Origin: Octopus vulgaris
Lineage: Eukaryota
Reading direction: 5' to 3'
DNA: 64,000 nt
NCBI GenBank assembly: GCA_951406725.2
Contig: OX597830.1
Span: 73,098,001 to 73,162,000, forward strand
This document shows, one piece after another, positions 27,968-42,093 of this stretch. Positions within the stretch are counted from its first letter, which is position 1. The number at the start of each line of letters is the position of its first letter. The notes below the pieces were generated by a model that was not told where the DNA came from, did not search any database, and was given only the letters and a program-made list of their open reading frames with translations. Position numbers and translations under genes: made by a program.

Positions 27968-28389
27968 CATATATGTTAAATACTATCGGTACTTACTCAC
28001 AAGGTACTGGAATATTATATGTATACCATTCTGCCTAAATAATGGTTCTACAGATGCAATATCCCAACATATCTCATGTCTATTTTCATTCCTCCACTTC
28101 ACTCTCAATTTCAATCCTTATTTAGAATAATTATTGCTTAACCATTTTCTCACACCGTCTGCAATGAAGGGATATAGAAAATACATTTCACAGTCTTGGA
28201 TTTTTATCATATTCTGAAAATTTTAATATATGCATATACTAATATATGTCCTATGATGGACCCCTCATTCGTATAATCACCGAAACTGAAGTTTAAATAT
28301 ACTCTGTCTATAGTACTTATTCAGCATTACCTGACACCTTTGGGTCTTATTGAAACCATTACCTCTCATAACCTCTCTCTCTCTCTCCC

Positions 28390-28432
<43 letters not shown>

Positions 28433-28459
28433 AAGGTCACGCATCCATTTCTAAGTGTG

Positions 28460-28500
<41 letters not shown>

Positions 28501-28504
<4 letters not shown>

Positions 28505-28862
28505 CTCAAGGGAATTCCAACTCTATCTGTTTTTATGTTTTATTTATATTCTTATAATATTAATATAGGATATAGAATATATAGTGCGAAAGAAATGGAA
28601 TGAAATATTGATTGGCTTATTGAACAAATGAAATATTGAAAATTAAATATTAAATGTCTATTCTCATTGAACTAGTATAATTTCTTGCATTAAAGCATTC
28701 ATCAGGTTCAGATTGTGACGGGAATGCTTCGACTGTCAATAAGACAATCAATACTTCATTTCATTTCTTGTTTACTATATATTCTATATTTTGTATCCTA
28801 TATTAATATTATAAGAATATAAATAAAACATAAAAAACAGAGTTGGAATTCCCTTGAGTAAT
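28501..28862. mobile_element. Long inverted-repeat element (~125-bp imperfect arms): MITE or head-to-head PLE ends
   Basis: ATTACTCAAGGGAATTCCAACTCT...CTTATTG versus CAATAAG...AGAGTTGGAATTCCCTTGAGTAAT, flanked by TA repeats. Confidence 0.8.
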
Positions 28863-28925
28863 ATATTATTCTATACACAATCATACAAACCCCTTTGTGT
28901 GTGTATATATATATATATATATATA

Positions 28926-30215
28926 CGAGAGACGTTCAATAAGTAATGCCCCTGACCCACTTCCCATAGCAGTAGAGCAACGAAACTTGGCACAGCTATT
29001 AGTCTTTTTCTACATAGGAACCACCCAGAGTTACGCATTTCTCCCATTGTTTGATGCAGCTCTGAAGACCGTTTTTGTAGAAGACTCCAGCTTGGTCCTC
29101 CAACCTGAACGTGACTTCAGAAATCAAGGCTGCATCATCTAGGAAACGCTTTCCTTTCAAAAACAACTTCATGGCTGGGAAGAGGTGAAAATCAGAGGGT
29201 GCAAGGTCAGGAAAGTAGGGGGATGGGGGAAGAGTTCATAGCCATACGCCTGTGCTTCTGATCTGGCGACAAGCGAGTTGTGGACCGGAGCATTGTCCTG
29301 CAGGAGGAGGATGCCTTTGCTGATCTTGCCCCGCCTCTTGATTTTGATAACTTCTCTTAATTTACTCAAAAGTGAAGCATAATAGGCTCCTGCAATTGTG
29401 GTACCCTTTGCCAGGAAATCTGTCATCACTACTCCGTCATGGTCCCAGAAGACTGTGAGCATGACCTTGCCAGCGGAGGGCTGCACCCTTGCCTTCTTTG
29501 AAGGGGGTGAGTCACGGTGCTTCCACTGCATTGACTGGGCTTTGGTCTCTGGATCATCGTGATGGACCCAGGTTTCATCCTGTGTAATCAGTCTTTTGAA
29601 AAATCTTGACTCATCTTCTTGGCACATCTCCAAATTCACCCTCGAGCACTCGACGCGTTCTTGCTTCTGGAAAGGCGTGAGCAACCTGGGAATCCATCTG
29701 GCAGACACCTTTTGCATATGCAAATGGTCACGAATGATAGTTTCCACAGATCCGGTACTAATCTTGACCTCATGGGCTATTTGGCGAATAATTATGCGTC
29801 GATCTTCCAAAATGGCAGCCTCAACTTGACGGACAGATGCCTCATCAATGGCAGAAGGGGCGACCAGATCTGGGAGCTGTTTCCACAGAGTTCCGACCAT
29901 GTTTGAATTGACGATGCCAGCGTTTTACAAGGTCATATGATGGGGCATCATCACCATAAGTTACTTTCATTTCATCAAAAGTCTCCCGTGGTGTGCGTCC
30001 TTTCAAATACAAAAACCGGATCACTGCTCGACACTCAACAGGCTCCATTTCACACTTGACTCGGTTCAAATACCTGTAAATCAGAAACCGCAATTAATTC
30101 AGAGTTGTAATTTGCCACTTACTCTATAGAGATATAAATGATTGCACATGCAAAATTTCAGCTAGATCAAACAACTGCAAGTGGGTCAGAGGCATTACTT
30201 ATTGAACGTCCCTCG
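28926..30215 (-). mobile_element. Mariner (DD34D) DNA transposon, full length, 1290 bp
   Basis: 37-bp TIRs CGAGRGACGTTCAATAAGTAATGCCYCTGACCCACTT (2 mismatches), with TA on both sides. Confidence 0.96.
28999..30048 (-). pseudogene. Mariner transposase with two frameshifts (~350 codons)
   Basis: MEPVECRAVIRFL...RSGRP, frameshift, ...WIPRLL...TQDETWVHH...LLQDNAPVH...HPP, frameshift, YFPDLAPSDFHLF...GGSYVEKD*. Confidence 0.95.
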
Positions 30216-30639
30216 TATATATATATACAGGGAAAAAATCAATTTATATAATAGTCAATTTCATGTTGCCTACGAACGCTTCAATTTCTTACCTTTATTC
30301 ATATTTTGCCATTAAGATTGCATTATGAATTTGAAAGGAAAAGCTCTCTTCATGGCAAAAATTGACAAAAATTCATTCCCATCCTAACGGATGGAGAGTT
30401 ACTTACCAACTGAAATAGCAGCATGCTTTTGTGTGTTTGTTTGTGTCACCATCTGTGTCTTTTGGATTCCTTTCTAAAAAAAATAGCTTGAAGTTAATCT
30501 ATGACCACATTGGACAATGGCTACTTGTAGTTTTCAGGAACTGGGTCATACCATCATTCCTCTTAATGGAAATTAGGTCGGTTTCATAAAAGTTGGGTGC
30601 CACTCTTTTCTCTACTTTGAAAGGAATACATACATATAA

Positions 30640-30691
<52 letters not shown>

Positions 30692-30783
30692 ATTTATATA
30701 TATATATGTATTTATATATATATATATATGTGTATATATATATATATATGTGTGTATTTATATATATATATATATATATACAT

Positions 30784-30838
<55 letters not shown>

Positions 30839-31644
30839 CATATATGTATGTATATATATTACCAGGAATCCAAATTGATATATCATTTAACGTCTACTTC
30901 CTAGTTGTGAGAATTTCAATTCTTATTAGAATTTTTATTTGTTTTAGATGTATTAGTTTTATTTGTTGATAGTTTAGCTTACTATATATATTTTTAGTTG
31001 AATTAATTCTTATAAAATTCCTTATGTGTAATTTCCTATATATAATTTCACATATATAAATTTTTCTAATTTCCTTTATATTATCTTATTAAAATTCTGT
31101 CCTCCTATATGAAATGGACGAAAACATCTATAGCGACTACGGGAATTTCATATGTGTTAACACTAATACTAACGCAAGTTAATGAATTCCAAGTATATTA
31201 ATCGATATGGAGCTAATATTGTGATGAACTACATTTACCAACATGATGACAGATCTCCGAAACCCCGGAATCATCTGTTCAACTTATACTTACTCCCATT
31301 TAATTTTCTCTGTCTTTTCTACTCTGTGTATGTTGAGTCTGTTAATATAAATATATAGATATTTATACTTAAATATTCATCGTCTGAAGGTCTTCACTCT
31401 TTCCCTTCTCTCGTTTTTCATGTTTACGTATATACATATTTTGTATTCCATACCCAAGCTACTTTATTTAACCTATTCAATTTGTTTATCCCCATAAATT
31501 TGCTCCATATCTACTCAATTTGATCCCTCATATAGGCATTATTTGCTCCGCCAAATTGATCCCTAGTTATGGCATCGGAGTTTAAGTTTGAGTCATTTCA
31601 GCGCTACTGTCTATAATACTGCTAATCTCTGAATCTCATCTGTT

Positions 31645-31717
<73 letters not shown>

Positions 31718-32112
31718 GTAATATAATATAATATTAATCTAATATGTTATAAAATAATATAATACGTATAATAAAATACAGGCATACCTCAACCTACGTC
31801 ATTCATTGGTTCCAGGAGACATGACTTAAATCGAATTAACTTGTCTCTTGTCTAGGGTAGACCGATAATAACCATTCCCAGTTCTGTACTTTATTTATAA
31901 GTGGATTTTCAATAATACATGTTTAATAAAAACCTATTTGAAGCTTACAAACAAATCATTTTTATTTTTTAATACAGTACAGTAAAAATGTAAACGAATC
32001 TGAATTCAAAGCAATCGCGGGAATCACGAGTGACAGCGTCGCCTAACGGTAGGTATTGGAACAGCAGTGCAATATGAGCTCCGAAAGACTGATAAATATC
32101 ACACACACACAC

Positions 32113-32181
<69 letters not shown>

Positions 32182-32474
32182 TATATACATACACCCATAT
32201 TTTTATATTTACGGGTGAGTGGACTAACTCAATATTCCTGATGTGAGGTCGTGTGTTGGAACAGATATTGTTGTATTTTGGGACGGATATTTTTTTTGCC
32301 AAATGAACACACGCACTGTATATATTCATTCTTCACACGTTTATTACTGTTCTTATTCTAACTCATATCCATTCATGAGTTAGAAGAAGAACATTAATAA
32401 ACGAGTGAAGAATGAATTCATAGTGCATGTGTTTATTTGGAAAAAATAAGACCACCCCGAAATACAACAAAGCA

Positions 32475-32525
<51 letters not shown>

Positions 32526-32929
32526 ATAAAATCAGGAGGTTTGCGAGATGAATACATATTTATTTATTTAACAAAGTGACTCCCATAGGAATACGGTCGT
32601 ATCTAGAGCCACTAAGCTAGTAGATAGAGAACTGCCACAGAATAGCTTGAGTTATATTGTACATTGAGTTTGAGGCAGATATTTGCACCGCCATTCTTCT
32701 ATCAATATTTCCACAAAGTGAGATTAGTTCTGCACCCACCTACAAATAATCTCTGTTAGTAATCTAACACTTATAATATTGGTTGTTAGACTCCTCATAG
32801 GTGGGAGATGATGGGAGAATTCCTGGTACATACATACATACATACATATATATATATATATTATTTACATATATATGTGTGTATTTTATATGTATATATT
32901 AATATCTATCTATCTATCTATTTATCTAT

Positions 32930-33063
<134 letters not shown>

Positions 33064-33129
33064 TACATATATGTATATTTGCATATATATATATATATTT
33101 ATATGTATATATGTATATATATATACATA

Positions 33130-33261
<132 letters not shown>

Positions 33262-33928
33262 AAATATATATATATAAGGCCTTTTACCAGTATTATGATT
33301 CCGTGTCTTGATATACATCTCTGCAGATTTCTCTACTAAACTGTCTTATCTATGAAAAATCTTTCAACACTGAATATTTTCTTCAACGTCACGTTATCTA
33401 TGTGTGTGAATATGTGTACGTGTATATGCTTGTGTGTGCATGTGCTTGTATATGTATGTCTATGTATGTGTGTGTGTGTGTGTGTGTGTGTATCTCTCTA
33501 TATATATGTGATTATATATGTACATATGCTTATGTATATGGGTGGTGTGACTACCTTTAACAACCAGGAGGTTCCGAAAGTAATCTTCATAGATACTGAC
33601 AGCTGTATAAACAAAGTTTATGTATTTATGTATATATTTATTATCTCAGTATTTATATATTTATTTATTTACATATTTATTTTTGCATCTATTTTTTACC
33701 AATTCCATATTAGCCTGTTCTTGGAGTCGAACCTGAGAAAATCTTTACTAGCCTTACTGACAGATTTAGTGTCTTATCCTTAATAATGCCGCTGAATGCA
33801 ATTTAGATATGGCGGCCACGTCACAAAAGTCACATGACATGCCTTGTAGGAGGATTCTGCGTAGTAGCCAGCTCCGAAAAAAATAGTAGCTAAACACCCT
33901 TAATTGACTTCTTACCATCTTGAAAACA

Positions 33929-34303
33929 CTATATTTTCCGGCATGCCAATCGGTGTAATATAGCGTTAACATATAGGTTAAAAATTCCAACTTTGCCACT
34001 GTATTTCTCCAAATCTTGCTGCATTACAAATGGAGGTTTTGGTCCGCCATCGCCGTCTTGATCAATAAGTTGTTCCGCCTTATTTTGGCTGTAAATTTTT
34101 TCAATTTTATATTTAAGAGATGAGGAATTATTTACATTATTTACATTCGACGGATATTTGTCCTCATCTTATTTGTTATTAACAAAACGTTTCGCCTGAT
34201 ATACCCTCCAGCCATCTTCAGGTGTCTTGAGGAAATTTCGAACCTGGGTTCTCATTCCTAAAGTATTTTTCAATGTTTTTGTTGTTGTTGTTGTTGCTGC
34301 TGC

Positions 34304-34340
<37 letters not shown>

Positions 34341-34351
34341 GCTGCTGCTGC

Positions 34352-34409
<58 letters not shown>

Positions 34410-34437
34410 ATTATTATCATCTTCCTCCTCCTCCTCA

Positions 34438-34480
<43 letters not shown>

Positions 34481-34975
34481 CATTGTTATTGTTCAGGTCA
34501 CTGCTTGGAATCGAACTCAGAATCTTGGGGTAACACGAGTAGATATTGATAAATCGGGTAAAGCTGATCATGTATGGAAAAATGGAGACCAGGAGACCAC
34601 CTCCTCCCTGTGGGATGAAGTTAAAATAATAGACAGAGAACACCACTGGAAAATACGAAAACTAAAAGAAGCAGCACATATGCTAGGTCACAACAACCTC
34701 CTAAGCAGACCGAGCGCAGATATTAGCAGCATATAGGAACCAGTATTAAGGAAGGATTGAAAAATATTAGATTTATGAGCCCTAAAATTCACTCCATAAT
34801 TGCCCACGGGCATATTGCGTAGTAGTTAAGAGCGCGGCTACTCACCCCAAGATGGAGGCTATATCATCCGAAACGTTGTGTTAACAACAAACAAGATGAG
34901 GACAAATATCCTTCGAATGTAGATAATGTGTAAATTTTTTGTCACAAAATTCGATTTGTATGCCGGAAAATACGA
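33929..34975. mobile_element. Tc2/pogo-like MITE split by the Penelope-like insertion
   Basis: Imperfect TIRs CTATATTTTCCGGCATGCCAATCG / CGATTTGTATGCCGGAAAATACGA flank the PLE. Confidence 0.5.
34115..34929 (+). mobile_element. Penelope-like element, 5'-truncated with inverted pLTR
   Basis: GIY-YIG C-terminal-like peptide KSGKADHVWKNG...WDEVKIIDREHHWKIRKLKEAAHM (about 34540-34736). The 3' sequence GAAACGTT.TGTTAA.AACAAA.AAGATGAGGACAAATATCC is present in both orientations. HHR core CTGAAGA...GAAAC on the minus strand at 34181-34226. Confidence 0.8.
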
Positions 34976-35599
34976 TATCGATATTTTAATTAACGTTTTA
35001 GACATGACATGACAGAAAATGCGGTATAGTCAAAAATTGAACGCTTTTGATTATTGGTCTTGTCATTCAGAGCTAACTTGAGATTAGACTGACTGCAGTA
35101 CCAACTACAACGAAACCAACGTGGTTAAAGTTATGCTGTCGAAAGTTTAGAAAGCACCCAGTTCGATATAATTGCGTTAACGAAACCAAGAGAAGGAAAT
35201 TTTGTCCGATGCTCTAATCTTTTGTCAATTCACCATCCCTTTCCGAAAGAAACTATTGAAATATTTTCTCCACAAAGAAAACAAGAAAACGAGGTTTATA
35301 TTCACTGAAACTACAGACTTATGGACAATACAGTCTCCTCTGCCGATTTAGCATTTATTCTCTAGAGACATATTTCCAAATTAAGGCGCCATGTGATGGT
35401 GGCAAGCGATAGCACACTGACAGGAAAATAATTGGAACACAAGTAACTTGGTTGGACGTTGAAATATCAGCCTTGCTGTAGCAAAGCTATAATCAAAGAT
35501 GTTACCGCTGCGACTACTACGTCTTTGGGTTTAAAAAAATTTCGTTGCTTCTAGCAGAATAATTTGAAGTCAAAGCGAAGTGAGCCAGATCGCATGCCC

Positions 35600-36548
35600 G
35601 CAAGGCTTTCTCTCTAACCCTCTAAAGTTACTGTCGATTCTTATCATACATACATACACTCATCATACATAAATAAAGACCATGCATGGGTATGTTGTCC
35701 TGAAGCTTTAAGAAAGCAGTGGAATTGACACGAAGCGCAGTTTCTCTTGGACACAAGACCACTACATCGCATCTCCCTTTGAAGGCTATGTGGTTGCAAT
35801 CCACAAAGCACCTGGTGAACAAGAGAGACAGTGACGCTCTTGTAATCCCAAGGTGCAACCGCATGTGTAGGCTAGGTCATGTTTCTGTGGAAGAAATTAT
35901 GCATGAGCTGTCCAAAAATGTCGTCACTACCTCCCTAGGTGGCACGATGTTGTTGCTAAAACAATTTACAATGCCATCCGAAAAAATGATTGTATGAAAT
36001 AAACTTAGAAATTTCCTGTTATGGAATACATTCATAAACACCAACCCAAAGAATACTGGTGGAATATTCTCATAAAAACTTCAAATATAAACATAACAGC
36101 CCGGCTATTGTTGTTTGGAACAGAGATGCAAAGGCATGTACCATCATAGAGGTCAGCTGCCCAGCAGATATAAATATCCCTTTGAAAAGATAAAAAGATA
36201 AAAAGAGGTTATCTATGGACTACTGCTTCGAAACTCTAGCTTCTTTATCCAAACTATGAATTCATATTCATGCCAATAATAATTGGAGCACTAGGTTTTG
36301 TTAGAAAATGTTTAAAAGATAATCTGGATAAATTGGGATTTTCAGAAAGAGAAATTGACTGGCTGATTCTTACATTACAAGTGAAATCTGTGAGTGGAAC
36401 AGTAAAAATATGCAAGACTTTTTTCAAGTTCCAAATGTTAATTTGTCTGTGATAACTGCATCCCAAAATGGAGCGTTGTTCCTTTGTTGGAAACCGGCTT
36501 CCTCCTCAGTGGAAGATTAATAATAATTAAGAAATAAAAGAGAAATGC
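35600..36548 (+). mobile_element. R4/NeSL-type (restriction-like endonuclease) LINE 3' fragment ending in (CATA)n
   Basis: Decayed zinc-knuckle region (CRLGH..EEIMH), IVVWNRDAKACTIIEVSCPADINI and PIIIGALGFV...LQVKSVSGTVKI, with frameshifts. Confidence 0.75.
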
Positions 36549-37542
36549 ACACATACATACATACATACATACAAACATACATACATACATACATACATAC
36601 ATACATACATACATACATGCATGCATGCATACATACATACGTACATACATACATACATACATACATACATGCATGCATGCATGCATACATACATACATGC
36701 ATACATACATACATACATACATACATACATACATGCATACATACATACATACAAGCAGACAGATAGACATACGCAAAGACATCAGATTATGTTTTATATG
36801 TGTATACATGCACCTTTCAAAGCTATGCAAATTAACTCATAGTGGCCAATGGCACGCATTTGAACATAAACATATACAGATGTATCAAATACCAAACCAC
36901 AAAACTTTTTATTTTTTAAAGTTATATATGTATCTTAGGGGCAATTAAGATCAACTCCACATGAAAAGTGGGGCTAATGATCAGATTAAAAAGAATTATC
37001 CAGAGTTATCGGGATAAGTTATCGGTCTGTTGTTTGGAGGTAAGTGAATACTTGTGGACAAGTATTTCTTTATCTATAGCTCTCATCAGCATGACAAAAG
37101 TCAGATATTCTCCAGTAGCCAACGCAGTTATTACTGTTTATTTGAGCGTGTGCATTGAAAGATGTGCAAGTAGTGTGTTTATGTAACTGTCTACAATCAA
37201 ATGTATGTCCCTTCCCATACGATGGAATATTCATACAAATTTACAAAAGAAGCACCAGGTATATGCGTACATAAATAGGCCTGGCTCACCGTCCGTTTCG
37301 ATGACGAATGTTCCTGAGGATTTGATCAAAGCGAAAAGCCTCTTCGTGGAATTAATGTGCAAGTGGTTGAGTGCTCCACGGAAGCAAGTACTCTAAACGT
37401 AGCTGTCAGGGAAGCTCAATGTTAAATAAAGTACTTTTCTCAAAGAGCCACGCTGCACGACTTTACTATCGTAAGCCAGATAACCTAACCACTAAGCCAC
37501 TCGCCTTCACGCATATATGTATATTGAGAGAGAAAGAGAGAA

Positions 37543-37573
<31 letters not shown>

Positions 37574-37601
37574 TAAATGTCTGTGCGTATGTGTCTGTTT
37601 G

Positions 37602-37636
<35 letters not shown>

Positions 37637-37918
37637 ATGTGTTATGTATGTATGTATGTAGGCATACGAACATACATACGTCATCGCGTCTATGGTGAAA
37701 GCTGAAGCTACTCTTGCCTGGCATTCGTCATTTTCTGTTCATGCAACATTAAACATTATAGCCGCGTTTGTGTTTGTGTTGTGACATCTGCTTAAACAGC
37801 ACCTGCTCTCTGTATATCTGTCTGTTTGTCTCTATGTTCGTCTGTCTTGTCTGTTTATCTGTCGGTTTGTCTGTCTATATTGTGTTTATCTTGCTATCTC
37901 TCTTTCCTATACTGTCAA

Positions 37919-37952
<34 letters not shown>

Positions 37953-37977
37953 CCTCTCCACCACACTTTTCCAGTTC

Positions 37978-38009
<32 letters not shown>

Positions 38010-38542
38010 TTATCTATCACATCATGATATAGCTATAAATACTACTCGCCATAAATGCTATTCGCCATCACCATTTATGTGCAGCATAAATGCCTTTTGG
38101 TTGGGGTGGTCACAGCTCCTTCTCTACAGATTTTTGTTGTCCACCCACTTGTACCGATTACTGAAAAACTAACCGGGTCACAAGACACTGGATACGTACA
38201 TCAGCCGGCAGGCGTCAACATCGACCCTACAAGCCGATTAAAGTAAGGGAATCATCAAAACAGATAGAATGGCTTGCAGTATTCGTACCGGTTCCCTGCA
38301 CTTTCACTTTATATTCCGTTGGGGTTAAACCACTCAGCATTGTTCTGAGATCGATGAAGAAAGTATTAGTCAATTACTAGTGTCCATTCGTCTCTCATCT
38401 TTATTCTCTGTACCTGAGTTGTCTATCTTACTCCCTTTCTTCCACTCTGTACCTCTTTCTCACTCTCTCTCGCTTTCTCTCTCACCCCTTCTTTATCTGA
38501 AACACTCATGCAGAATCCTTCACCACGATACCTTTTAATATA

Positions 38543-38911
38543 CTATTAGCGCTATGACCCAGCAACGCCGGGTCATAGTGCTAGTGCATGCATATACAGC
38601 TGCATGCATGCGCACATACACGCGAGTACTGTCCAAATCGCCAACCAATCACATACAGCTAGCTGGCATTCAATTGGCGTATCAAGTATCGGGCATTTTG
38701 ATTGGGTTTTGGATAGAAAATTCACAAAAAAGTCACTTCTATTGATTTTTTTAATGGCTTTGCAGAGTGACTGGGGAAATGTAAAGATGTGCACGACCAC
38801 CCTTGGACGGTTTTGAATGACCATAGAAAGTGCGAACCCTCTAACTGAAAAAAGTGTGGATTTGTATAAAGGCCACACTCGCAAACATTTTGCCGTTTAT
38901 ATATATAGAGA
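38543..38911 (-). mobile_element. Non-autonomous Helitron-like element
   Basis: Minus-strand 5' TC(TA)n start; subterminal hairpin TAGCGCTATGACCC...GGGTCATAGTGCTA near a degenerate 3' CTRR. The end is shared with 58675-59404. Confidence 0.65.
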
Positions 38912-39615
38912 TGTTACACCTTCAGCTGGGCGGAGGATAACTATTCACAATGACCCTTTCTTTAGAAAGGTACAAGAGGTGGAGTGATGGCCTTGCGACT
39001 TCTATCATAAAATAATAAAACTGCTAAGCAATGGAAAGGTCCAAGGATGGTCTGTTGCGCGGTACAGCACATAACGAAAATAGTAACAAAGAAAATAAGT
39101 GCTTGATTAAAAGTTTTTTTTTATATCGGATATGGAACGGCCGAGAAGTTGAACGTGAAGAACCATGATTGAAATCACGTGATTTGAACAATAGAAGTTC
39201 GCCCTGTTCTAACGTATTTTTTATCTGATTTTTGTCAGGTTTTCGCCAAGAGTTGCGACTGACAGACAGTATCAGAAGTTTTGAAAATAGAAAACAGAAC
39301 GTAAGGTTTCCTTGCTTTAAACGATGATGTCGAAGACGACGGCTATTATGTCCTCCTCCACCTCCTCCACCGATGTCAACACTGCCACCATCACCGCCAC
39401 TGCAGCTACCGTCAGCACCAACACTACTGCTACGAGCATCACCACCACTACCACCGCCGCCATCACCACCACTACCACAACCTCTACCGCCAGCGCTACC
39501 ACCACTACCAACAACAAAACCTCCATCAACATCCCTAAACATCATGACCATCATCAACCTGGGTACATAAGAAAACAAGACGGGAATTTCAAAAAGGGAT
39601 CTTTTCCAATCTAAG

Positions 39616-39756
39616 AACAAGGCCCGAAATTTGTGAGGAGGGGGCCAGTCGATTAGATCGACCCTAGTACGCAACTACTGCTTAATTTACCGACCTGGAT
39701 AGGATGAAAAGCAAAGTCGACCTCGGCGGACTTTGAACTCAGAACGTAGAGGCAGA
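39616..39756 (-). mobile_element. SINE family A fragment (tail2 type)
   Basis: GGATGAAAAGCAAAGTCGACCTCGGCGGACTTTGAACTCAGAACGTA. Confidence 0.8.
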
Positions 39757-40127
39757 TGATCAAGAATGGATAGCCTCTCAACTTATGTCTGCTCGATCAG
39801 TGTTTTGATTATTTATTTAGTTATTTCCGGTTTCTTCGTTCTTTCATTTATCGATTTATCGATTTAGAGAGGGAGAGTGGGGAGGAGAGAGGGGGAGAGG
39901 GATTGCTGTCAACCTAAAATAATGCCTTGAAGGGTTAAGTTGGATAAAATTGAACGCATTATGTGTTTTAGGTTTGGTAAGTATTCTAATATATATTTTC
40001 GCCGAGCCGCTAAGTCACAAGGACGTAAACAAAAAAACACCGGCTGGCAAGCGTTGCGAGACAAATACAAACACAAGGATGTAAACACCCACGCTCAAAT
40101 ATATAAATATACACACACACACTTGTG

Positions 40128-40406
40128 AAAGCACATGCTTACGAACACATTAGGAGCCGGGTTCAGTCCCACTGCGTGACACCTACTATGGGCTCGGTCA
40201 GACCAAAGCCTTGTGAGGGGATTTGACAGACGGAAACTGAAAGAAAACCATTGTGTGTGTATGTGTGTGAGTGTGTGCTTGCTTGTGTGTTGGTGTGTGT
40301 GTGCCTGTGTGCGCGTGCGTGTGTTTGCGTGTGTTTGTGTGTTGTGTGCGCGCGTGTGTGTATGTATGCATGTGTTTGTGTGCGCACGTGTGTTGGTGTG
40401 TGTGTG

Positions 40407-40438
<32 letters not shown>

Positions 40439-40600
40439 CGCCTTTGTGTTTGTGTTTGTTCCTACTACCGTTTGACGGCCAGTGCTGTTGTGTATGAGTC
40501 CTCGTAACTTAGAGGTTCGGCAAATGAGCCCAACAGAATAAGTACCAAGCTTAAATTTACAAAAAAAAACGTACTGGTGTAGATTCATTCAATTAAAAAA
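40128..40600 (+). mobile_element. SINE family B, decayed with expanded (TG)n
   Basis: GGGTTCAGTCCCACTGCG...GACGGAAACTGAAAGAA...CGTAACTTAGAGGTTCGGCAAA. Confidence 0.7.
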
Positions 40601-40604
40601 ACAT

Positions 40605-40655
<51 letters not shown>

Positions 40656-40870
40656 ATAAAACTGGCTCCCATCTACCAAGTACAATGAGACGTCAGTCAT
40701 CGGACTGGAGGTCCAGTGGAAAATTTTTGCCTAATGTACTGAGCTGAAGGATCGAAACAGAATCTACGTGGGAGAGAAGCAAAGTTTTTCAAAAATCAGA
40801 GTCATGCCTGATCCTAGGTATCATAACTATATGGAGTGCATGAGGATGAGAGCTAGGATGGCTGTGTGTG

Positions 40871-40905
<35 letters not shown>

Positions 40906-40908
<3 letters not shown>

Positions 40909-41018
40909 CTGCTCGCTTAGCCAGCGGGGTGGTGTCATTCGAAGGCTAAAACAATGCGAACGCATTGTGACCAGCGATGTGTAACAACATCTGATGGACT
41001 GGTCGGTCACGTGATGAT
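40906..41018. mobile_element. ~110-bp structured interspersed repeat, copy 1
   Basis: Closely similar to 56313-56424 with the same start; both sit inside microsatellites. Confidence 0.8.
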
Positions 41019-41111
41019 ATATATATATATATATAAATGTGTATACACACACGCACACAAAATGTGTATGTGTATATATGTATATATATATATACATATA
41101 TATACATACAT

Positions 41112-41148
<37 letters not shown>

Positions 41149-41173
41149 GTCCACGGTCGAACAATGATGATGA

Positions 41174-41265
<92 letters not shown>

Positions 41266-41781
41266 ACGATAATATTACCTGCGTGCTTCTGGCCAGAGCT
41301 TTTCATTTATTGACCAGTGGTCGGAAAAACCAACATTTGTGGAACTGACGCCCACTGTGTTTACGATCACACTTCTGCATGTTAGATGTCAGCCCATCAC
41401 AGCGTTTCGTTACGAAGATGCATAGTTCCCAGTTTCTGTGTTTTCTCTTTCTCTTTTTCTTTTGTTTTTTTTTTCTTTGTTTTTCTCATGAATATTCCGG
41501 ACATTGTCCATTTGAATCCCAGATTGTCATATTATGGTATGAAGAGGTTGAGTGGCTTGAATGCATGATCGTTTCCAATAACATCAGCATTTCGCAAACT
41601 TCTACAAGCAGAGAAATAGATATACCGCATGTAGTGAACGTGTATGTCTGTGTGTGTACGTATGTATAAATATGTACGTAACCTATCGAAGGACGAAGGA
41701 AAGGATGAAAGTATGGTTAGGCATATAGAGATCTCTCTATGGTACACACATATAGAGATCTCTCACAATCTCTGTTTCTCT

Positions 41782-41881
<100 letters not shown>

Positions 41882-41883
41882 TT

Positions 41884-42036
41884 AAAAGTAATATGTGACA
41901 ATTATTCGGTAGCCAAGACAAAAACTCCGAGTTTCGGATGCCGAATAATTGTCACGTATTACTTTTACAGATAAATTCCTCTATTTACATAATATCGAAG
42001 TCTCTTTCATTCTTTTGTTATTTTTACCATTTTTAT

Positions 42037-42040
<4 letters not shown>
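41884..42040 (+). mobile_element. PLE-like cassette with fold-back 5' end
   Basis: AAAAGTAATATGTGACAATTATTCGG / CCGAATAATTGTCACGTATTACTTTT flank AAACTCCGAGTTT; the cassette ends in (TA)n. Confidence 0.55.

Positions 42041-42090
<50 letters not shown>

Positions 42091-42093
<3 letters not shown>

Noticed and set aside
28245-31280. Additional hammerhead-like fragments at about 28250-28295 and 31243-31275 (also about 148-230)
   Set aside because: The cores and helix I are too degenerate to support a call.
39024-39674. Gly-rich 216-aa ORF, and the similar 44849-45602 ORFs
   Set aside because: Degenerate trinucleotide tract open in several frames and overlapping a SINE; no splice or start context.
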